From positions 8,734 to 72,733 of the forward strand of contig JAHFCF010000014.1 in NCBI GenBank assembly GCA_023249645.1: a DNA stretch of 64,000 bases, given 5' to 3'. The notes below the pieces were generated by a model that worked only from the letters and a program-made list of their open reading frames with translations, made no database searches and had not been told where the DNA came from. This document shows, piece by piece, positions 17,307-27,392 of the stretch. Every line of letters starts with the position of its first letter. Positions within the stretch are counted from its first letter, which is position 1. The stretch comes from Elusimicrobiota bacterium (lineage in GTDB: Bacteria; Elusimicrobiota; Elusimicrobia; UBA1565; UBA9628). The position numbers and the translations under genes are program-made.

Positions 17307-18310
17307 GTCTGTTTCCTTCGGCCCAAGATCCCCGGCTTGGGTACCAAGCCGTGCGGGAGAACCTTGAGAATGTCATAACCGGCTTCCACGAACCAGGCCG
17401 ACAACTCTTCCTTCGTGTGATGAAACTGGAACGGCGGCGAGAGCCAATCGAAATCCTCGATGAGCCGGACCTTGAAATCCGTCTCCACGGAAAAAGTGAG
17501 ATATTTCAGCCCCGGCACCGCCCCCAGCGCGGCCAACGGATAGCATAAGGCGTAAGTCACAGCCAACGGAAGCCTCGTCGTGAAAAAACGCAGGCTGTCG
17601 CTGATGAGCTGGCGGATGGCGACGATCAGCCATGCCAAGCGGCGATGTCGGCCGATCCCGCCGCGGCCCGGCCGCAAGGGATTGGTCGCAAAATCCTTAA
17701 AGCGTCCTGCCTTGCCATAGAGCCAGACGCTCAAGAGCCCCCCCGGCTTGACCAACGGCGCCAGGGCGCGAAAAGCCTGGCGAGTGTCAGGCGTGTGATG
17801 CAGGACGCCGTGACTGTAGACCATGTCAAAGGAATCTTTTTTAAAAGGCGGCCTCAGGAGATCTCCTTGGACCACATGCAGATGGGGATCGCTGCGCGCC
17901 GCTTGCATGAGCCGATCAAGACTCTCGGAAAGATCCAGGGCCACGACCTCCGCTCCCCAGGCGCGCACCACCAGAGAATAGCGCCCCATGCCGCAGCCCG
18001 CATCTAAAACCAGCTTCCCCTGAAAATCCCGCGCCGAGAGCTGGCTCTCTTCCAGGAAAACCGCCCGATCCTCCGGCCGGCTGCCGGGATAGCGCGTCCA
18101 CTCCCACGAGAAACTTTCTTGCGTCCTGGAAAGGATCTCCCTGTTCTCTCTCAATCGCGGGATCCCGGCCGTGATCGGATATGCCCGGCTACAAACAGCG
18201 CAGACCAGAGCTCCTTCTTCGATCTCGCTGCCCCGTTGCATCTTGATGTCCAGACGCAGCGGCCCGGCGCAGCAAGGCGAAGCCAGTCTCTCCAAAAGAG
18301 AGGATTTCAT
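17303..18310 (-). CDS. SAM-dependent methyltransferase with an N-terminal Trm112-like zinc-ribbon
   Basis: It has LASPCCAGPL....CAVCSRAYPITAGIPRL, followed by VLDAGCGMGRYS and FDMVYSHGVLHH. Confidence 0.7.
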   Translation of the reverse strand: MKSSLLERLASPCCAGPLRLDIKMQRGSEIEEGALVCAVCSRAYPITAGIPRLRENREILSRTQESFSWEWTRYPGSRPEDRAVFLEESQLSARDFQGKLVLDAGCGMGRYSLVVRAWGAEVVALDLSESLDRLMQAARSDPHLHVVQGDLLRPPFKKDSFDMVYSHGVLHHTPDTRQAFRALAPLVKPGGLLSVWLYGKAGRFKDFATNPLRPGRGGIGRHRRLAWLIVAIRQLISDSLRFFTTRLPLAVTYALCYPLAALGAVPGLKYLTFSVETDFKVRLIEDFDWLSPPFQFHHTKEELSAWFVEAGYDILKVLPHGLVPKPGILGRRKQT

Positions 18311-19305
18311 AGAAGACTGTCCTTACCCTTCTCCAAGGATTCCCGCAGACCTCCCAAGGAAAGGCCCTCGCGGTAAAGGAAGACCAGACCGATCCCGGTC
18401 ACGAGGAGATAGGTGAGGATGTGGATGAAAAGAGCGTAGGCGAAAGCCTCATGCACAGTAGCGCCCATGTCTATGAGGATGCTTTTCACCACCGCCTCGA
18501 ATGTGCCGATGGAGCCCGGCGCCGCGGGGATGGAAGAAGCGGCGCCCGCCCAGGCGAGAACCAGGATGGAACGCGGATAGTCGATGATCCCTTCCAATCC
18601 CAGGGCAAAGGCCCCCAGCCAAAAAACGGCTGCGTCAACGACCCAGAGTCCCAGGCTCAATCCCAAGACCGGGAAGAAGGCTCGCGGCCTGCGCAACACC
18701 GCGGCGCCAAGCGCCAGATGTTCCACGATCTCGTGCAGCTTGGGCCAGAGCCGCAGGCTCCTTTCCACCCAGCCGCCCGGCTCCATGGTCCTCTCGGCCA
18801 AAATCAAGAAGAGCAGCCCCGCGACCACCGCGATGAGCGCAAAGATCCCCGTGTGACGCAGACCTGCCGGCACCAGGCCCGGGAGCATGGAGGCGGCCGC
18901 GACGAAGAGGGTCAGCAGGGTCGCCAGGTCGAGCGTCCTCTCGACGACGATGCTGGCCAGGGTCGTGGCCACGGGAATCTTCAATGCCCTGGCAGCCAGG
19001 ACGGCGCGCAGGAGCTCTCCCAGGCGGGCGAAAAGAAGGTTATTGACAGCCATGCCGATGGCCGAGAACCGGAACATGTCTCCCAGGGGAGCGGCCACGG
19101 CACGAGAGAGCAGTATCCTCCAGCGCCAGGCGCGGATGGAAATGTCCAAAAGCCCGACGATGAGGATAATCGGGATCAGCCACTGCCAGCGCACCAGGAC
19201 CAAGACCCGGCCCAATTCAGAGAACTCCACATTGTGCAGGGCCCACCACAGGCAGGCGGCCGTCAGGGCCACAGCTGCCGCTAAAGAAAGTCCCCTGCGG
19301 CTCAT
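18307..19305 (-). CDS. Flippase-like membrane protein (MprF transmembrane-region / UPF0104 type)
   Basis: Starting from MSRRGLSLAAAV it has about 8 TM segments and the motif ISIRAWRWRILL. The ATG at 19305 overlaps the upstream stop (ATGA). Confidence 0.55.
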   Translation of the reverse strand: MSRRGLSLAAAVALTAACLWWALHNVEFSELGRVLVLVRWQWLIPIILIVGLLDISIRAWRWRILLSRAVAAPLGDMFRFSAIGMAVNNLLFARLGELLRAVLAARALKIPVATTLASIVVERTLDLATLLTLFVAAASMLPGLVPAGLRHTGIFALIAVVAGLLFLILAERTMEPGGWVERSLRLWPKLHEIVEHLALGAAVLRRPRAFFPVLGLSLGLWVVDAAVFWLGAFALGLEGIIDYPRSILVLAWAGAASSIPAAPGSIGTFEAVVKSILIDMGATVHEAFAYALFIHILTYLLVTGIGLVFLYREGLSLGGLRESLEKGKDSLL

Positions 19306-21128
19306 AGCGCTCCTCGAAGTTCCCGTCTCCAGACAGCCAGCCAGATCAGCCAGGCGGCAAAAGCCGCCGAGATTCCCCAGGCCCAGCAGACCGGCTGGAA
19401 ATCCAAGACCAGGCTCTCCAGTACCCCTGGACTTCGTTGCGGCAGACGCACGGCCTGGAAGTATCCCCAGGGCTCCAGCGCGACCTGGACGCCCCCCAGC
19501 CACGCGCGCCAGCCGGGATAGGATGGCACGCTGACCACCAGGCGGTCCGCATCCCACGGAGCGATCCCTTCCACGCGCCAACGCTCGGGCCGCGGAAGTC
19601 CGATGGAAACCCCGCTCTTCAAGGGCCGCTGCAAGCCCCGCGCGAAATAGGCCAGGGGCTGCGCTCCGGCATTGGGTACAAGCTCCCCGGAGGCGCTCAG
19701 CCGATAGGCCACGCCGGCGCTGAGCATCTCGGCGCTGTCCGCCCGGCGCGCGTAGGTCCGGCTGCCATCCGCCGCCGGCCGGCCTTCGCTGGAAGAGACA
19801 AAAGCCGGATAGCCGGCCAGATAAAAAGCGTCATAGCCATTGACGTTCATGGCCCGATACAGCATGGCCTTGTCGGGATTGGCCAGGTCCGGATCCGTCA
19901 ATATCCGCAGCGGCTTGCCGCCGACGACGCGCGCGAGCTGCGGGTTAAAAGCGAGATAGGACGAGGCGCTCTGCGGGGCCACCGCGCGGCGCCCCCAAGC
20001 CAAGAGTTCGACGCACACAGCCATCAAGACAAAAGCTTTGAGAACCGGTCGGAGCCTGGGAGTCCAACACCTAGCAGCGCTGCCCGCCGCCAGGATCAAT
20101 CCCCATAATGATAAAAACAGCCACCGCGCCGGCACTCGCAAGAAATCCATGACCATCGGATGCCTCGAGCCGCAGGCCAAGACCAGCCCCAGGACGAATA
20201 AGCCGCCGGCTCGCCAAGCCCCGGCCGCCAACAGCCCGGCCGCTGCAGCCAAAAGTCCGGTCCAACCGATGAACAGGCCGCAACTCTCAAAAAAAACAGA
20301 CGGAAAGTCTCGGAACGTCCCGTCCCAGGGATTTCCCAAGACATTGGGCGAAAAAACCGTCAGAAGAGATTGCCCTCCGGCTCTGTAGGCCTCCGCAAAA
20401 GCCTGCGGCCAATCCCGGCGCACGGACAAACCCAAGAATTGCCAGGTCATAGGCCACTGCATGGAGGCCAAAGCCGCAGCGCCCAGGCCCTCGCCGACGA
20501 ACCGCGCCAGCAGCCGACGACGCTCGCGCTGCGACAAGGCCCAGACGAACATTCCCGCGCCATTGATGCACAAGAATTGCGGATGCCCTGAAAGGAACTG
20601 CAGGGCCCAGGACGCAGCCAGAAGCCCGCGCCATGGGGAGAGGAAAGCCAGCCAGCACCAAGGCGCCCAGGAGAGGGCGGCCAGCAGCGTGGGGATTCCC
20701 GCAGCGATCCGGTAAAGAAGAAAAGGCGAGAAGGCGTAGAGACACATGGTAAAGGCGGCGGCGCTGGATCTCAAGCCTTCGCGCCGCGCCAGAAGCAGCA
20801 TGCCCAGGATCCCCCAGAGCCAATGAAAGGCCATGTCCCAGGTCAGGGCCAAGGTCAAAGGCAGGACTGCGGACAACGCTGAGACGGGATAGAAAAGAGC
20901 TGTTTGGGGATTGGCCGCGATGGGCAGGCCGCAGAAGATGTAGGGATTCCAAAACGGCAGACGCCCCGCCTCCAGAGAGCTGACCGCCAGATGCCTCAGG
21001 GGATAATGATAAGCATAGAGGTCGCCGAAGTTGGCCAGCGTCCAGCCGGGAAGGAGCACGGCCGGAAACATCAGTGCCAAGACCAGCGCTGTGAAAAAGG
21101 CGAAAAAAATAAAATCCCTGGACCTCAT
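19302..21128 (-). CDS. YfhO-like GT-C membrane glycosyltransferase
   Basis: The N-terminus has GDLYAYHYPLRHLAVSSLEAGRLPFWNPYIFCGLPIAANPQTALFYP, the characteristic YfhO opening. It is polytopic with a periplasmic C-terminal domain. Confidence 0.55.
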   Translation of the reverse strand: MRSRDFIFFAFFTALVLALMFPAVLLPGWTLANFGDLYAYHYPLRHLAVSSLEAGRLPFWNPYIFCGLPIAANPQTALFYPVSALSAVLPLTLALTWDMAFHWLWGILGMLLLARREGLRSSAAAFTMCLYAFSPFLLYRIAAGIPTLLAALSWAPWCWLAFLSPWRGLLAASWALQFLSGHPQFLCINGAGMFVWALSQRERRRLLARFVGEGLGAAALASMQWPMTWQFLGLSVRRDWPQAFAEAYRAGGQSLLTVFSPNVLGNPWDGTFRDFPSVFFESCGLFIGWTGLLAAAAGLLAAGAWRAGGLFVLGLVLACGSRHPMVMDFLRVPARWLFLSLWGLILAAGSAARCWTPRLRPVLKAFVLMAVCVELLAWGRRAVAPQSASSYLAFNPQLARVVGGKPLRILTDPDLANPDKAMLYRAMNVNGYDAFYLAGYPAFVSSSEGRPAADGSRTYARRADSAEMLSAGVAYRLSASGELVPNAGAQPLAYFARGLQRPLKSGVSIGLPRPERWRVEGIAPWDADRLVVSVPSYPGWRAWLGGVQVALEPWGYFQAVRLPQRSPGVLESLVLDFQPVCWAWGISAAFAAWLIWLAVWRRELRGAL

Positions 21129-23062
21129 GGCCGGAGGGCCCGATTATACCAATATACTCCCAAGCCCATCAGGGACATGAGGGTCAGCAGCAGTCCCGCG
21201 CGCCAGGAATCGGGGTCATAGAAAAAACGCAGCCGCCAAGGCCCGGCCGGCACGCGGACTTTCTCAAAGGCCCCCCAGGCAGGAAGGACATCGACAGGCC
21301 GAGACCTCCCCCCGGTTTCCAGGAACGCCTTCCAGCCAGGGAATCGGGGTTCGGCGATGAAGACCCAGCCCTCGGATCGGCCGGAGATCTCGTAGCGGTC
21401 CTCGCGGGACCATGTCAAAGCCAGCGGCTGCGCGCCAGAGGGCAACGGCTGCGTCGGCAGTCCCGCGGGCAGATCCTCCCCGCCTTCTGCATCCAGAGAC
21501 CAAGCCAGAGAAGCCGGTCCTTGCAGGCGATAGACATCCCAAAGGGTCCTGCCCTCCCCATGCGCCAGCTTCGGCGGGATATCCACGGGATCGCGCGTCA
21601 GCAAAAACCGCACCCCGGCTCCTGGCAAAAAGAGCGCGGCCCGCTGTGCCGAGGGCTGGCGATAAAGGAAATCCATGAACTCATAGGTCGGACGAGGAAC
21701 CAGGGGCTCGCCGAAATTCGCGGCCGCTCGCAGGTGGAAGGGCTCGTTGCTCAGGCCATAGAGCCGACCCTTCCAGTCGGAAACGCCGAACCCGGAGCCG
21801 TTTTCCAGGGCCAGAGGAGACACCAGGTAGCGCAACCCCGAAGAGTCCGCCTGCAGGCGGCGCACCAGAGGACCGGCCTGCGTGAAGATCGCGCGTTCGG
21901 CCAGGGGCACAGCGCCCCAGGCATAGAAGAGAAGCTCCCCAGCCAGGGCGGCCAACGCCCAGCAGCGCCAGGCAGTCCGGAACCGTGAAAATCCTGCGGC
22001 CACGAGAATGGCTGCCACAGGCCAACCCAAATAAGAGAGATTGCCTGGGTAACGGACCAAGCGCGCCAAGCCGGCATGCGCCCAGAGAGCGCGGGAGATC
22101 GTCGAGGAATCTCCCAGGATCAGGAGGAAGACCATGCCCAGAAGCAGCGCCAGGCCCGCGGCCCGTCGCCGATCGAGCGTGCACAGCCCCCAGGCCGCGG
22201 CTAAGGCGCCGATGCAGCCGATATGGTTGGATCGATACCAGTCCACGGCCGGGTTGAAACGCTCGCTTCCGAACAGAAGCGGGCTCACCCAGCGCGCTAG
22301 ATCGCGCCAGCCGTTGCTGAAACGCAAGGCCTCCTCCAGCCCCACGCCGACGCTGCGCCGCGAGAGGGCCAGAAGCTCGACGCCCAGGATCAGCTGACAG
22401 GCGGCCAGCGCCATCGCCCCGAGACCGGCGAGCAGCCATCCTCCCACGCCGCCCCCTTCCCCTCGGGATAAGAGGATGCTCAGGGCCCACACCAGGGCCG
22501 CGCCGCCGATCAGAAAAGGAGGATAGCCGGCCAGGAAAACGGCGGCGAGAGCCAACGACAGGAGCGCCGGCTGGTGAAAGAACAGCAGGAGCATCGGCAA
22601 CAGACTCAGCACCGACAGATGATTCAGAAAGGACATGCGGCTCAATAGGCCCCCGCCCAGCGCATAGACGGCCGCTCCTGCCAGAGCCGCCGACGGCTTC
22701 AGCCGCAGGGATCTCAGCCAGAGGAACATCAAACAACCGGCCAGCCAATAATGGAAGCCCTGAAAAATGGCCGCGGCCGTTGAGAAGCCGAAGCAATAAA
22801 ACGGGATCTCCCCGGGATAAAAAACAGCCCTCTGCATGTTGGCCGCCATCGGCATCCCGAAATAGAGTTCCGGGGTCCACAGGGGAAGCCGTCCGGATTG
22901 CAGCCGCTGCGCCGTGGAGGCAAGCCAGGGATGATGCAGATAGGTCAGGTCGCCCCAGAAGGGCGTCAGTCCCCGCAGCCAGATCGGACCAAAGAGCACA
23001 AAAACAAGAAAGACAAAAACTCCGGCGCCCGCGGCTTCCGCAGGGACCCTCTCTTGATTCAT
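21125..23062 (-). CDS. YfhO-like GT-C membrane glycosyltransferase (paralogue of the neighbouring gene)
   Basis: It has GDLTYLHHPWLASTAQRLQSGRLPLWTPELYFGMPMAANMQRAVFYP and the same architecture as 19302-21128. Confidence 0.55.
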   Translation of the reverse strand: MNQERVPAEAAGAGVFVFLVFVLFGPIWLRGLTPFWGDLTYLHHPWLASTAQRLQSGRLPLWTPELYFGMPMAANMQRAVFYPGEIPFYCFGFSTAAAIFQGFHYWLAGCLMFLWLRSLRLKPSAALAGAAVYALGGGLLSRMSFLNHLSVLSLLPMLLLFFHQPALLSLALAAVFLAGYPPFLIGGAALVWALSILLSRGEGGGVGGWLLAGLGAMALAACQLILGVELLALSRRSVGVGLEEALRFSNGWRDLARWVSPLLFGSERFNPAVDWYRSNHIGCIGALAAAWGLCTLDRRRAAGLALLLGMVFLLILGDSSTISRALWAHAGLARLVRYPGNLSYLGWPVAAILVAAGFSRFRTAWRCWALAALAGELLFYAWGAVPLAERAIFTQAGPLVRRLQADSSGLRYLVSPLALENGSGFGVSDWKGRLYGLSNEPFHLRAAANFGEPLVPRPTYEFMDFLYRQPSAQRAALFLPGAGVRFLLTRDPVDIPPKLAHGEGRTLWDVYRLQGPASLAWSLDAEGGEDLPAGLPTQPLPSGAQPLALTWSREDRYEISGRSEGWVFIAEPRFPGWKAFLETGGRSRPVDVLPAWGAFEKVRVPAGPWRLRFFYDPDSWRAGLLLTLMSLMGLGVYWYNRALRP

Positions 23063-24519
23063 GATCCCTTGAACCCCGGAGAAGTCGCGGCCGCCCGACG
23101 GCGGGCGTCCTGCGCCAGATCGTCGCGGCCGAGCTCCTGATACGCGTTCTCAAGAAGAAGCCAGGTCGATGCTCGATAGGGATTGCCGGCCACGGCGTGT
23201 TCAAAATCCGCCGCCGCTGACCACAGTCTAGACCCTCCCCCGCCCCGATGGGCTTGGATAAGCTCGATCTCTCCGGAGAGTCTTGCCGTCTCGGGATGAT
23301 CGCAGAGTTGAGAGGACCTCTCTAAAACCGCCTGGGCCGCCGTCAGGGGCTGGGACGCCAGCACCATCTCCGCCGCTCGGATGCGCAGCCTTTCCGCCTG
23401 CCACGGACTGAAGACCTTCCATCCCGCCCAACCGCAGAGTCCCACGGCCAATGCCAGAGCCGGCAGCTTCCAACGCACAGGCACGCAGACCACGCGTTGC
23501 TGGGAGACCAGTGAAGACCCCAGTCCATAGCAGAACAGCCAGAAGATCGCCGGGAAGGAAAGACTGCAATCCCAGAGGGATTGCACCAGGACGGCGATGA
23601 GGCCGACGTGTTTGAGGCCTCTGTCTTGGCGCCGCAATAAAAATACGATTCCTCCCAGCCAAACCGCGAGAAAAGGAATGCCTTGTTCAGCCGCTGTTTC
23701 CAAATAATACTGGTGCGCGTACAGGCTGCCTAACGGCCGGGATGGGTTGATGTAGGCTGCGGAAACATAGGCAAAGGTCCCCGGGCCGAAGCCCGAGCAC
23801 GGATGCGCCCACGCCATGCGAGCCGCCGACTGCCACCAGAGCCAGCGGCTCCAGACATCGTGGCTCCCCCACTTGAGGACGATGATCGCCAAAGCCGCGG
23901 CTCCGGCTCCCGCAGTGAGCGCCCGCCAGGCCCAACCCGGGCGCCGAAGGAGCAGCAGGCTCGCGGCCAGGCCCAGCCAAGCGCCGGCGCTCCTGGTCCA
24001 TGCCAGACAGAGGATCAAAAGACCGCACAGAAGCCAATCGCCTCCCGAGGCGGCCAAGGCCAGAAAGAGGAGCAGGGCGCCGGCAAAGGCGTTCTCATTG
24101 ACCAGGCTGGAGGCAGGCTGAGGATGGCCGAAAGCCTGATGCTGATAAACCGCCAACAAGGCCGTCAGCCAAGCGGCAGCGCGGATGGCACGCTCAAACT
24201 GTCCGCGCTGCTCCGACGGCATCATGGACGCGGCCAGGATCGTCCCTAGTCCCGCCATCCCTGCGAACCAAGAAGGCCAGGCATAGGCCGGCAGGGGACT
24301 GACGCCAGCCGCCGCAGCGCTCAAGAGGGCCAAGCCGACGGTCCAAGACAGGAGACCGCCTGCCGGCAGGGGGACGGAACCTCCGGCGATGCGTCGGCAC
24401 AGCCAGAGCAGCGCTGCGGCCAGAGCCGCCAGCTCTAGGAGGGAACGCGCCCACAGCTCCCAAGCCCCCTGGAGTAGAGGTCCCAGGACCACCAGCGGCG
24501 CCAGCAGGATGGCCAGCAC
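23059..24519 (-). CDS. Wzy_C-domain protein (O-antigen ligase / O-oligosaccharyltransferase family) with a short TPR-like tail
   Basis: It has WTRSAGAWLGLAASLLL and GFGPGTF...YAHQYYLETAAEQGIPFL (the Wzy_C loop with a conserved His). The C-terminal part has NPYRASTWLLLENAYQELG. Confidence 0.65.
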   Translation of the reverse strand: MLAILLAPLVVLGPLLQGAWELWARSLLELAALAAALLWLCRRIAGGSVPLPAGGLLSWTVGLALLSAAAAGVSPLPAYAWPSWFAGMAGLGTILAASMMPSEQRGQFERAIRAAAWLTALLAVYQHQAFGHPQPASSLVNENAFAGALLLFLALAASGGDWLLCGLLILCLAWTRSAGAWLGLAASLLLLRRPGWAWRALTAGAGAAALAIIVLKWGSHDVWSRWLWWQSAARMAWAHPCSGFGPGTFAYVSAAYINPSRPLGSLYAHQYYLETAAEQGIPFLAVWLGGIVFLLRRQDRGLKHVGLIAVLVQSLWDCSLSFPAIFWLFCYGLGSSLVSQQRVVCVPVRWKLPALALAVGLCGWAGWKVFSPWQAERLRIRAAEMVLASQPLTAAQAVLERSSQLCDHPETARLSGEIELIQAHRGGGGSRLWSAAADFEHAVAGNPYRASTWLLLENAYQELGRDDLAQDARRRAAATSPGFKGS

Positions 24520-24526
24520 GGGGCCG

Positions 24527-26362
24527 TCAGTCCGGCATGATCTGGGGCGTCACGAAGATGAGAAGCTCCGAGCGCGTATGAGTCACGGATTTGCTGCGGA
24601 AAAGCCAGCCCAGGATCGGGATGTCTCCCAAGATGGGAACCTTGCTGTCCGTGTTGCTGGCCGAATCGCTGATGAGCCCGCCGATGACGATGGTCTCGCC
24701 GTCCTTGACCAGGACCGTGGTCTGGGCCGTGCGCGAATCAATGCCCGGAGCTCCAGTCGAGCTGGTCGGTGCGACAGCCGACGGCTGGCTGACGTTCGGA
24801 TTGATGTTGAGCGTGATGCGGCCGTCCGCGTTGATGGTCGGCGTCACGGTCAGCTGGATGCCTAGGGGGACATAGGTGACAGACTGGGAGACCACACCGT
24901 TGGAGGTAGCATTCGACGTCGTGTAGGGATACTGCGTGATGACGTTGATATTGGCCGGCTGGTTGTTGAGTGTGGCGATCTTCGGGTTTGAGAGGACCTT
25001 GACCTTCCCGGCTGTCGCCGCCGCGGTCAGGGTCATGTTGAGGATGTAATTGTTGGTGATGCGGCCCAGGGTCAGGGCGCCGAAGACATTGGAGGCCGGG
25101 AGATTGACGCCCGTGCCCTGCCCCGCGGCTCCTGTGGGCAAAAAGGCGCTGTTGCTGCCGGGAGCCAGCTGGCTGGCGGCTGTTCCAACAAGATTCGAAA
25201 TGGGATTGGTCGCGGTCACCCCCGCCGGGCTGCCCAGCAGCGTGGTCCCCTGCTTGCCGAAGGCCTTGCCCTGATCGGCGGAATAATAGTTCCACTGGAT
25301 GCCGGCGCTCAGGCTGTTGCTCAGACCGACCTCGACGAGCTTGGCCTCGATCAAGACCTGCTTGGGCCTCACGTCGAGCTGGGCGATGAGTCTCTCGGTC
25401 GCCATCATGCCGTCGAGCGATTCGGTCACGATGATGGCGTTGGTCTTGCTATCCGCCGACGCGGTCCCCGTGCGGCCCTCGGCCGTGCGCACGGAGTTGA
25501 CCTCCGCCACGAGCTCGGTCGCCTTGCTGTAGTTGAGAGGGATCACCTTGGTGATGGTGGAGGACGCGGTGCGTTCCCTGGCCAGCTGCGCCGGGGTCAA
25601 GAGGCGCAGGATGTTGTCACCCACCTGCGTGGTCACCAGCCCGCTCATAGCCAGGATGGTCCGGAAGGCCTCGGGAAAGGGCACGTCGGCCAGATGCAGA
25701 GTCAGCGGCGGCATCGACGCGACGTCGGGGCCATGGATGATGTTGATGCGCGCCTTGGCCGCGAGCAGCTTGATGACGTCGATGAGGTCCGTGTTGTCGA
25801 AATCCAAGGTCACCAGGTCCTTGGGCAGCCGCGCCATGATGTCCCCATGACCGGCGAGGGGGGGTAAAGACACCGGGGCCTGCGCCCGAGCCGGCTTCGG
25901 GGAGATCCGGGGTTTGGCGGCGGAGGCGGCAGTCGCGGCCGGCCCTCCTGCCGCGTCCACCAGCTCGACGAGGAGGTCGTTGCCGGACTGTTTGAGCCGA
26001 TAGCCGGCCATGGCATTCAAATCCATGACCACGCGGGAGACCATGCGGGGGGAGCGCTGGAACTGGGAGGTGCGCACGCGCTTGAGGTACTTGCCCTGAC
26101 CGAGGACGTCGCCCGTTTTCACCGCGTTCTGCGCGTCGAAGATCTCGACGACCAGTCGGGGCGGCCGGCTCGTCAGAAAGCCGTTGTACGGCACCGCCGC
26201 GCTCAGACGGATGGCCACGGTGTCCGGCCCGACGGAAACGCTCTGCACCTCCGCTCGGGTGGGAGCTTCCCCCTTCGCCTCAACGGCAAAAGCCGGGGGA
26301 CACACCAAGGCGCCCGCCATCGCGATGGCGATCGCTCTTTTCCCCAATTCCATTGTCATCAT
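24527..26362 (-). CDS. pilQ: Type IV pilus secretin
   Basis: It has a signal peptide, an AMIN-like domain (VAIRLSAAVPYNGFLTSRPPRLVVEIFDA) and the secretin C-terminus GETIVIGGLI....VPILGDIPILGWLFRS....ELLIFVTPQI. I set the start to the M at residue 25 of the track ORF. Confidence 0.85.
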   Translation of the reverse strand: MMTMELGKRAIAIAMAGALVCPPAFAVEAKGEAPTRAEVQSVSVGPDTVAIRLSAAVPYNGFLTSRPPRLVVEIFDAQNAVKTGDVLGQGKYLKRVRTSQFQRSPRMVSRVVMDLNAMAGYRLKQSGNDLLVELVDAAGGPAATAASAAKPRISPKPARAQAPVSLPPLAGHGDIMARLPKDLVTLDFDNTDLIDVIKLLAAKARINIIHGPDVASMPPLTLHLADVPFPEAFRTILAMSGLVTTQVGDNILRLLTPAQLARERTASSTITKVIPLNYSKATELVAEVNSVRTAEGRTGTASADSKTNAIIVTESLDGMMATERLIAQLDVRPKQVLIEAKLVEVGLSNSLSAGIQWNYYSADQGKAFGKQGTTLLGSPAGVTATNPISNLVGTAASQLAPGSNSAFLPTGAAGQGTGVNLPASNVFGALTLGRITNNYILNMTLTAAATAGKVKVLSNPKIATLNNQPANINVITQYPYTTSNATSNGVVSQSVTYVPLGIQLTVTPTINADGRITLNINPNVSQPSAVAPTSSTGAPGIDSRTAQTTVLVKDGETIVIGGLISDSASNTDSKVPILGDIPILGWLFRSKSVTHTRSELLIFVTPQIMPD

Positions 26363-26387
26363 AGGATTCCCCCGCTCTGGATAGCCC

Positions 26388-26840
26388 TCAGCCCGCCTCT
26401 TCAGACCCGAGACGAAAAACCTGCACATCTCCATCCGCGGCCGTCAGGGCGGCCGACTTCGTCTTGATGTTCATGGATCCGCTGATGCCGGGAACGGCCT
26501 TGCCCTTCTCGTCATAGAGACGCCCCTGGCGCAGGAGGAAGCTGGCGCCCGTCTCCTCCTCGGCGAAAAGGGCGAACTCCGATGAAGCATCCTTCATCAC
26601 GGCACGCAGAGAGAGCTTGTGGATGCTGAAAGCCGCGAGACTGAAGGGACGGGACTCCCCGCGCTGGGACCCCCATCGCCCGAAGGGATCGCGCAGGCGG
26701 TCGACCCCATACAGGCTGGAGATGGTCGCCGCGCTCGAAACCTGGACGCTCGAGGCAGGCGCCGCCGCCATGGAACCAGCCGCCCAGGCCCGGACTGCGA
26801 GCATCGCCACCATCCATGGCCCCAGCATCGTCTGGTTCAT
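26388..26840 (-). CDS. pilP: Pilus assembly protein PilP-like
   Basis: It is 150 aa with a signal/anchor, the RDPF motif, a C-terminal beta-rich domain and sits between pilO and pilQ. Confidence 0.55.
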   Translation of the reverse strand: MNQTMLGPWMVAMLAVRAWAAGSMAAAPASSVQVSSAATISSLYGVDRLRDPFGRWGSQRGESRPFSLAAFSIHKLSLRAVMKDASSEFALFAEEETGASFLLRQGRLYDEKGKAVPGISGSMNIKTKSAALTAADGDVQVFRLGSEEAG

Positions 26841-27385
26841 CCCCCTTTATACTGATAAGCCACCAGCTCAAAAGTCGCCTGCATCTCCCCGGAGGCCTCT
26901 GCCTCCTCGGAATAGATCACATTGTAGACGTTATAAAGCCTCGGTTCCAGGGCCAGGGCCGCGAAGAACTTCCCGATGCTGTGGAAGGAGCCATGCACGA
27001 CGACCGGAAAATGAAGCTCGATGAAATACTGCTGGTCTTTGCTGCCCCCCGGAGAGAAGCTATGCAGCGTCACGCGCTGCCGGACCCCGATCTTCCCCAG
27101 AGCCACCAGGATGTCCGGGACGAACTTGGCCTTGGGCAGGCGCTGCTCCGATTCGATCTTGCGCGCATTCAGGCTGGCCAAGCGCTTTTCCAGCTGAGGC
27201 AGACGGTTGGCCTGGCTTTGAGCCGAGTCGATCTCCTTGTCCAGAGACTCGATCTTCGCCTGGATCTCGGCCGTCCTCTGCAGGACCGGCAGCCAAAAGA
27301 ATTGAGCTCCGCAAAAGAGGAGCGCGGCCAGGCCGACGGCTCCGGCGGCGATGACCTGCTGTTCCTTCGTCAACTGGAGTGTCAT
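26837..27385 (-). CDS. pilO: Type IV pilus inner-membrane alignment protein PilO
   Basis: It has a single N-terminal TM segment, a coiled coil (IQAKIESLDKEIDSAQSQ) and a ferredoxin-like C-terminus, and sits in the pilO position. Confidence 0.7.
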   Translation of the reverse strand: MTLQLTKEQQVIAAGAVGLAALLFCGAQFFWLPVLQRTAEIQAKIESLDKEIDSAQSQANRLPQLEKRLASLNARKIESEQRLPKAKFVPDILVALGKIGVRQRVTLHSFSPGGSKDQQYFIELHFPVVVHGSFHSIGKFFAALALEPRLYNVYNVIYSEEAEASGEMQATFELVAYQYKGG

Positions 27386-27392
27386 GGACGTT

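Noticed and set aside
20289-20296. An A8 (T8 on the coding strand) homopolymer inside the YfhO-like gene, as a possible phase-variation tract.
   Set aside because: Eight A/T is at the low end for slipped-strand switching. It encodes an ordinary Phe-Phe in a TM/loop segment, and a single assembly gives no evidence of length variation.
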